Shown: piece after piece, positions 29,055-33,836 of the stretch | Layout of the letters: each line of letters starts with the position of its first letter | How positions within the stretch are numbered: position 1 is the first letter of the stretch | From: Chloroflexia bacterium | GTDB taxonomy: Bacteria; Chloroflexota; Chloroflexia; QHBQ01; JAICKM01 | Assembly (NCBI GenBank): GCA_035310405.1 | Contig: DATGEF010000469.1 | Location: 1-33,836 of the forward strand | DNA: 33,836 nt | Direction: 5' to 3' | Notes under the pieces: generated by a model | The model's input: the letters and a program-made list of their open reading frames with translations, nothing else | Database searches by the model: none | What the model was told of the DNA's origin: nothing | Made by a program: the position numbers and the translations under genes

Positions 29055-30080
29055 TCACTGGGCCTCGGTTTTGCGGGCGGCGCTGGGCGCGCCATTCCGC
29101 AGCGGCTGGGGCGCGCCGGCCAGGTCGTTGGCCGCGCCGCTGCTGGCCCAACATTCGTCGTTGTAGCAGTCCAGGATCCACTGGCAGGCCTCCTGCGGCG
29201 AGTCGGTCACGCGGAGCAGATCGAGGTCCTTCGCCTCGATCTTGCCGCCCGGCAGCATTGTCGTGCGCAGCCAATCGAGCAACCCCTGCCAATACGCGCG
29301 GTTGAAGAGCACCACCGGGAAGTTGCGGACCTTGCCCGTCTGGATGAGAGTCAGGGCCTCGAAGAGCTCGTCCATGGTGCCGAAGCCCCCGGGAAAGATG
29401 ATAAACGCTTCGGCGTATTTCATGAACATGGTTTTGCGGACAAAGAAATAGCGGAAATTGACCGCGATCTGGACGTAGCGATTGGTGCCTTGCTCGCGCG
29501 GCAGCTCGATATTGCAGCCGACACTCTCGCTCGGCCCCTGGGACGCCCCCTGGTTGGCCGCCTCCATGATCCCGGGCCCCCCGCCGGTGATCACCGCTAG
29601 GCCGGCGTCCGATAGCAGGCGAGCCACCTCCACGGCCGCCTGGTAGTCCGCATCGTTCTCTGCCATCCGGGCCGAGCCAAATATGGCCACCGCGGGGCCG
29701 ATATGGGCGAGCATGTCGATGCCATGCACCAACTCACCCATGACCCGGAAGACCCGCCAGGGGTCGGTAACCGTGAAATCGAGCGCGCCCGGCTGATGCA
29801 GCTCGGGCCGTGAAAGCAGGCTTTCGTCTTCGGTCATCCGGCCGGAGCGTGCCGCGTTGTTCAGCGTCGGATTCGGCTCCAACCCGCCCGGCTGCCGGCT
29901 CTGCTCGCCGATCGTAGCCCCCGCGGCCGGGACGGGATCGCTATCGGGAAAGGTCTCGCCGGGGCCCCCCCGCCGCTGGGCCAGCCGCTGGCGATCCTGT
30001 TGGATTCGGCTGCGGGCGGGGTCGTCCGGGGCTGTATCGTCCGGGGCCGGCGGGCGGGGCGGGGGGTTATTGCTGCTCAT
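29055..30080 (-). CDS. LOG-family protein (TIGR00730-type, cytokinin riboside 5'-monophosphate phosphoribohydrolase-like) with a Pro-rich N-terminal extension of about 100 aa
   Basis: The core motifs are AIFGSARMAENDADYQAAVEVARLLSDAGLAVITGGGPGIMEAANQGA and FIIFPGGFGTMDELFEALTLIQTGK (PGGxGTxxE). The N-terminus MSSNNPPPRPPAPDDTAPDD... is low-complexity. Confidence 0.85.
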   Translation of the reverse strand: MSSNNPPPRPPAPDDTAPDDPARSRIQQDRQRLAQRRGGPGETFPDSDPVPAAGATIGEQSRQPGGLEPNPTLNNAARSGRMTEDESLLSRPELHQPGALDFTVTDPWRVFRVMGELVHGIDMLAHIGPAVAIFGSARMAENDADYQAAVEVARLLSDAGLAVITGGGPGIMEAANQGASQGPSESVGCNIELPREQGTNRYVQIAVNFRYFFVRKTMFMKYAEAFIIFPGGFGTMDELFEALTLIQTGKVRNFPVVLFNRAYWQGLLDWLRTTMLPGGKIEAKDLDLLRVTDSPQEACQWILDCYNDECWASSGAANDLAGAPQPLRNGAPSAARKTEAQ

Positions 30081-30352
30081 AGTGCTGTTCTCCAGCCGGC
30101 CGGGCGCCGGGCGTCAGGGCAAGAAAGCCAGGGAAGCGGCACGGCACACCGGCCGCGCGGCAAATGAATGGCGCAAAGAGTGTGCCATGGATGGGGGGCC
30201 GCGGAACCCGCGGATCGCCGGGCTGAGGCTGCCCGCGGCACGGATCGTGCCGCGCACGCCGCGACTTGCCGCTGGCGCGGTACAGCGGGAGCCAGGTTTG
30301 TTACCCATTTGTTACTATAGGACACGGGTCAAGGAAGGGTCAGGAGATAGGC

Positions 30353-31558
30353 ATGATCGAGAATGAGGCCTTGCGCGCCCAGGCCGCGGCCGGGCGGGCG
30401 GCGATGGTCGACTTTGCGCGCCGCCTGATCGCGACGCCGAGCCTGTCGGGCGACGAAGGGGCCGTGGCCGCCCTGGTCGAGGCCGAGATGCAACGCCTCG
30501 GCTTTGACGACGTCTGGCGGGATGCCGCCGGCAATGTGATCGGGGTGGTCCGGGCGACCGTGCCCGGCGGCGCGGCCCGGCGGATTATGTTCAACACCCA
30601 CATGGACCATGTCGACGTGGGCGACCCGGCGAAGTGGCCCTACCCCCCGTACGCGGCCACGGTGGCCGACGGCGCGATCTGGGGGCGCGCCGCCAGCGAC
30701 CTCAAGGGGCCCCTGGCCTGCCAGGTCCACGCCGTGGCGGCCCTGAAACAGCTGGGCCGGCCACGGCCCAATGATTGTTACGTATCGGGCGTGGTGCAGG
30801 AGGAAGTCGGCGGCCTGGGCGCGCGCGAGCTGGTCAAGACCGTCCCGACCGACTACTGTATCCTCGGCGAGCCGACCGCCAACCGGATCATGCGCGGGCA
30901 TCGTGGTCGGGTGGAGGTGCGCGTGACCTTCGCCGGCCGCTCGGTGCATGCCAGCGTCCCCGCCCAGGGGGCCAACCCCTTGTACGCGCTGGCCCGCTTC
31001 CTGGACGGGCTGGCCTTGCTGCCGATGATCGCCGACCCCGCGCACCCCGACCTCGGCCCGTCGACCGTGGCGCCAACCTTGCTATATACCGACCAGAGCA
31101 GTAGCAACGTCACGCCCGCCGAGGTGACCCAGCATCTGGACTGGCGCAATGTGCCGGCGGATACGCCGGCGGCGATCCTGGCCCGCGTCCAGGCGCTCGT
31201 CGATCGTAGCTTGCTGGAGGGCATCACGGCCCGCGTCGAGCCGTTGCCCCGCGTGTTGACGTCGTATACCGGCGTCAGCGCCGCGATCGGGGCCATCAGC
31301 GCGCCGTTCGGCCTGGCAGCCGATCACCCCCTGGTGGCTGGGGCCCAGCAGGTGCTCACCGCAGCGCTGGGGCGGGAGATCCCAGTGGGACTCTGGCGCT
31401 TCGCCACCGATGGCGGGTATTTCGTCGCGGCGGGGACCCCCTGTATCGGCTTTTCGCCGGGCTGGGAAGAAGTTATCCACACCGTGGATGAGCGGATCTC
31501 GATCGATCTGATGGTGGAAGCCCTGGCCGGCTATATGGCCCTCGGCCTGGGACTCTGA
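30353..31558 (+). CDS. M20-family metallopeptidase/deacylase (ArgE/DapE/YgeY-like)
   Basis: The metal-ligand motifs are MFNTHMDHVDVGD (H-x-D), GRAASDLKGPLA (bridging Asp) and VVQEEVGGLGA (E-E). I chose the ATG at 30353 because it follows an AGGAGA SD. Confidence 0.85.
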   Translation: MIENEALRAQAAAGRAAMVDFARRLIATPSLSGDEGAVAALVEAEMQRLGFDDVWRDAAGNVIGVVRATVPGGAARRIMFNTHMDHVDVGDPAKWPYPPYAATVADGAIWGRAASDLKGPLACQVHAVAALKQLGRPRPNDCYVSGVVQEEVGGLGARELVKTVPTDYCILGEPTANRIMRGHRGRVEVRVTFAGRSVHASVPAQGANPLYALARFLDGLALLPMIADPAHPDLGPSTVAPTLLYTDQSSSNVTPAEVTQHLDWRNVPADTPAAILARVQALVDRSLLEGITARVEPLPRVLTSYTGVSAAIGAISAPFGLAADHPLVAGAQQVLTAALGREIPVGLWRFATDGGYFVAAGTPCIGFSPGWEEVIHTVDERISIDLMVEALAGYMALGLGL

Positions 31559-31592
31559 TGATGGGGGCCGGCTCGGGAGAAGGGACTATCTG

Positions 31593-32240
31593 ATGAAGCT
31601 GGATATTGGGACGCCGGTGCGCTATCCGGACGGAGAACAGGCGGGCATAATTAGCAAGGTCGTGTTCGACCCGGAAAGTGCCACCGTGCATGAAATTGTG
31701 CTGGAAACCCCCGATCTCGTCGGGCGCAAGGTGCTGGTGTCCATCGCGCTCTTGCGCGAAGACCCGGGCGAGGTGCTGACCCTGGTCGCCGACCGGGAGG
31801 GCCTGGACGCCCTGCCCGACTACACGGTGGAACGCTTCGCCGCGGCCCCCGACGGCTGGACCGCCCCCGCCGAGTATATGCCGCACGACATCCTCTTCCC
31901 GACGAGTGTGACCTACCCAATCATGCCCGTCTTTGAAGAGTCTAATGCCCCCGCCGGCTCGATCGAGTGGAGCCAGGGCACCGAGGCGATCTGCACCGAC
32001 GGCCGCTTTGGCGTCGTCGACGAGGTGATTACCGACGACGTTGGGCACATCACCGGGGTGGTTCTGCGCGGGGATGCCGACCCCCAGCCACGCCTGCTGA
32101 TCACCCCGGACCTGATCGTCGAGTCCGACTCCCAGGTGCTGCAGCTGAGCTGTACGCTGGATGAGCTACCCAGCCGGGCGGAGCCCTTCAGTGATCCGGA
32201 GGGGGAGCCGGAGCCCGACTCCCTGCTGCCGACCAACTGA
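31593..32240 (+). CDS. PRC-barrel-like domain protein (two repeats)
   Basis: The two repeats are GTPVRYPDGEQAGIISKVVFDPESATVHEIVLE and GTEAICTDGRFGVVDEVITDDVGHITGVVLRG. Both fit the PRC-barrel/DUF2171-like pattern. This is weaker than a motif-level call. Confidence 0.6.
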   Translation: MKLDIGTPVRYPDGEQAGIISKVVFDPESATVHEIVLETPDLVGRKVLVSIALLREDPGEVLTLVADREGLDALPDYTVERFAAAPDGWTAPAEYMPHDILFPTSVTYPIMPVFEESNAPAGSIEWSQGTEAICTDGRFGVVDEVITDDVGHITGVVLRGDADPQPRLLITPDLIVESDSQVLQLSCTLDELPSRAEPFSDPEGEPEPDSLLPTN

Positions 32241-32251
32241 ACGGAGGAACC

Positions 32252-33268
32252 ATGGCGCAGCAAGCAGCGCCGGCCGCCGGCCCGGGCGGCGGCCGGCGGC
32301 CCGTGATCGAGGTCCAGCAGGTCAGCAAAAAATTTGGCGCGGTGCTGGGCGTCGAGGACCTGAATTTCGAGGTTTACGAAGGCGAGATCTTTGGCTTTAT
32401 CGGGCCGAGTGGCAGCGGTAAGACGACGACGATGCGCCTGCTGAACGGCATCTACGCGCCAACCGCGGGCACCGTGCGGCTGCTGGGCGTCAACCCGGCT
32501 AAGCCGACGCGCACTCTTCACGAGGGCTTTGGCTACATGCCCCAGCAGTTCGTGCTCTATCCAAACCTGACGGTCTACGAGAACATGGACTTCCTGGCCG
32601 GGGTGCATGGCCTGGGCTGGTGGGAGCGCCGCAAGCAGATCCGGGATCTGCTGAGCTTTGTCGAGTTGACGGATGCTCATAACCGGCTGGCCGCCAATAT
32701 CTCGGGGGGCATGCAGCGCCGCCTGGAGCTAGCCGGCTCCTTGATCCATAACCCCCGCCTGCTCTTTGTCGACGAGCCAACCGCCGGCATCGATCCCGTA
32801 CTCCGCGGCAAATTCTGGGAAGAGTTTCGCCGCTTGCGGGATAGCGGCCGCACGATCTTTGTGACCACCCAGTACGTGGGCGAGAGTGAGTACTGCGACC
32901 GCGTCGGGGTGATCCGCAAAGGCAAGCTGCTGGCGGTCGCCCCGCCCCTCGAATTGCGGCGCATGGCGATGCAGGGCGATGTCGTCGACCTCGAGTCGCC
33001 GAACCTGGCGCCCGAGGCGATCAAGGCCCTGCTCACCCAGCCATATGTAATCAAGACTCCCCAGGGCAAGCCGCTTTATCAGTGGCTCAACTATCCTGCC
33101 GCCATGCGCGTGCATGTGACCGATGCGGCGGAGGCCACGCCGCAGATGATGCAACTGTTGCAGGGGATGGGGACCACCGTCACGACCCTCCAGGAGTACC
33201 GGCCCACCTTCGACGAGGTCTTTATCGAGCTGATGGGCGGGACCGCTAGCCTGGACGACATCGACTGA
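32252..33268 (+). CDS. ABC transporter ATP-binding protein (ABC-2/DrrA-like exporter type)
   Basis: It has Walker A GPSGSGKTT, a Q-loop MPQQ, the signature ISGGMQRRLE, Walker B LLFVDEPTAGID and an H-loop-region TTQYVGE. The permease gene follows immediately. Confidence 0.92.
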   Translation: MAQQAAPAAGPGGGRRPVIEVQQVSKKFGAVLGVEDLNFEVYEGEIFGFIGPSGSGKTTTMRLLNGIYAPTAGTVRLLGVNPAKPTRTLHEGFGYMPQQFVLYPNLTVYENMDFLAGVHGLGWWERRKQIRDLLSFVELTDAHNRLAANISGGMQRRLELAGSLIHNPRLLFVDEPTAGIDPVLRGKFWEEFRRLRDSGRTIFVTTQYVGESEYCDRVGVIRKGKLLAVAPPLELRRMAMQGDVVDLESPNLAPEAIKALLTQPYVIKTPQGKPLYQWLNYPAAMRVHVTDAAEATPQMMQLLQGMGTTVTTLQEYRPTFDEVFIELMGGTASLDDID

Positions 33269-33290
33269 TCGGCCAGAGGAAAGGGTGGGG

Positions 33291-33836
33291 ATGATCGCTC
33301 TGCTGGGTAAGCGTCTGATTCGGATCAGCGGGTTCGTCGGCAAAGAGGTGCGCGAGATCGTGCGCCAGCCGCGTCTGCTACTCTCCCTACTGCTTGGTCC
33401 CTTCCTGATCCTGCTCATCTTTGGTGCGGGCTACCTGGGCACGCCCGCCGAGCTGAAAGCGATCATCGTCATCCCCAACGACCCGGCTTTCGCCGCGCAA
33501 AAGGACACGATCCGCGCCCAGTTCGGCAAGGGGATCGGCGTCGTCGACGTCACGCCGGACCTGAACGGCGCCTTGCAACGGTTGCGTAATCAGGAAATCG
33601 ACGTGGTGATCCAGGTGCCGGGCGATGCCGCGAAACAGATTGGCTCCGGCGCGCAGGCCATCGTCCCCGTCTACTACAACGAGATCGACCCGGTCAACGA
33701 AAGCCGCATCGTGGTCGGCACGTTGAACTATACCAACGAGCTGAACAAGGAAACGGTGGCCAATGCGTTCAAGCAAGGCCAGCAGCAATCGGGAAGTGTG
33801 AAAGACGCCCTGGCGCGCATCGACACGGCCCTGGGG
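33291..33836 (+). CDS. ABC-2-type transporter permease; partial, continues past the window end
   Basis: It is not in the ORF track because it is open-ended. An ATG at 33291 follows GAGGAAAGGGTGGGG. My translation is MIALLGKRLIRISGFVGKEVREIVRQPRLLLSLLLGPFLILLIFGAGY, followed by a large extracytoplasmic loop. This is the usual N-terminal topology of ABC-2 permeases. Confidence 0.75.
   Translation, partial: MIALLGKRLIRISGFVGKEVREIVRQPRLLLSLLLGPFLILLIFGAGYLGTPAELKAIIVIPNDPAFAAQKDTIRAQFGKGIGVVDVTPDLNGALQRLRNQEIDVVIQVPGDAAKQIGSGAQAIVPVYYNEIDPVNESRIVVGTLNYTNELNKETVANAFKQGQQQSGSVKDALARIDTALG

Noticed and set aside
28952-29095. Longer 193-aa version of the hypothetical protein (28514..29095), overlapping the LOG gene 3' end
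   Set aside because: The extra 48 residues are Pro/Arg-rich and overlap the LOG stop region. The internal ATG at 28951 has a strong GGAAGGAG SD.
30329-33418. Minus-strand ORFs 30329..31045 (238 aa), 31473..32048, 31913..32680 (255 aa), 32729..33418 (229 aa) and 33387..33788
   Set aside because: They are antisense to the M20 peptidase, PRC-barrel, ABC ATPase and permease genes. Each of those has motif-level or strong contextual support. The antisense ORFs also cross gene boundaries.

Overview
This is a high-GC window; 60-nt hand counts in native genes run roughly 65-88% GC. The gene content is SLH-domain surface proteins, Thr/Pro linkers, PRC-barrel proteins and an ECF sigma/anti-sigma pair. 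That is compatible with a Chloroflexota-like or similar lineage, but the taxon cannot be established from the sequence alone.

The left third (1-10958, minus strand) is one tightly packed operon. It encodes an SNF2/DEAH helicase with a C-terminal DUF3883 nuclease-like domain, a DUF1156 DPPY DNA methyltransferase and a DUF499/BrxC-like ATPase. This is the helicase-methylase-ATPase (Hma-type) RM-like defence architecture. Two compositionally foreign genes sit between the methylase and the ATPase. One is a 734-aa soluble KAP-family P-loop NTPase. The other is an orphan 220-aa protein with a possible PD-(D/E)xK-like motif.

The KAP gene is bracketed by a 133-bp direct duplication (about 95% identical) of the methylase 3' end. 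The methylase itself is a GC mosaic: a low-GC core between high-GC termini. I consider this embedded cargo, and the way it appears to have been inserted, the best candidate for an undescribed system in the window.

The operon abuts a 670-bp structured non-coding region and a tRNA-Lys(CTT) gene. The tRNA has a perfect consensus promoter and a 32-nt inverted partial copy of itself nearby.

The remainder looks like ordinary chromosome:
- a membrane protein and two PRC-barrel proteins
- an ECF sigma plus zf-HC2/RskA-like anti-sigma
- a seven-repeat propeller/SLH surface protein
- a GH13 alpha-amylase-family enzyme
- a 2082-aa thioester-less alpha-2-macroglobulin
- an orphan tyrosine recombinase
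- a membrane SpoIIE/PP2C phosphatase
- a LOG-family protein and an M20 peptidase
- an ABC-2 exporter pair, with the permease running off the right edge

Most long ORFs on the strand opposite these genes are high-GC antisense artefacts.
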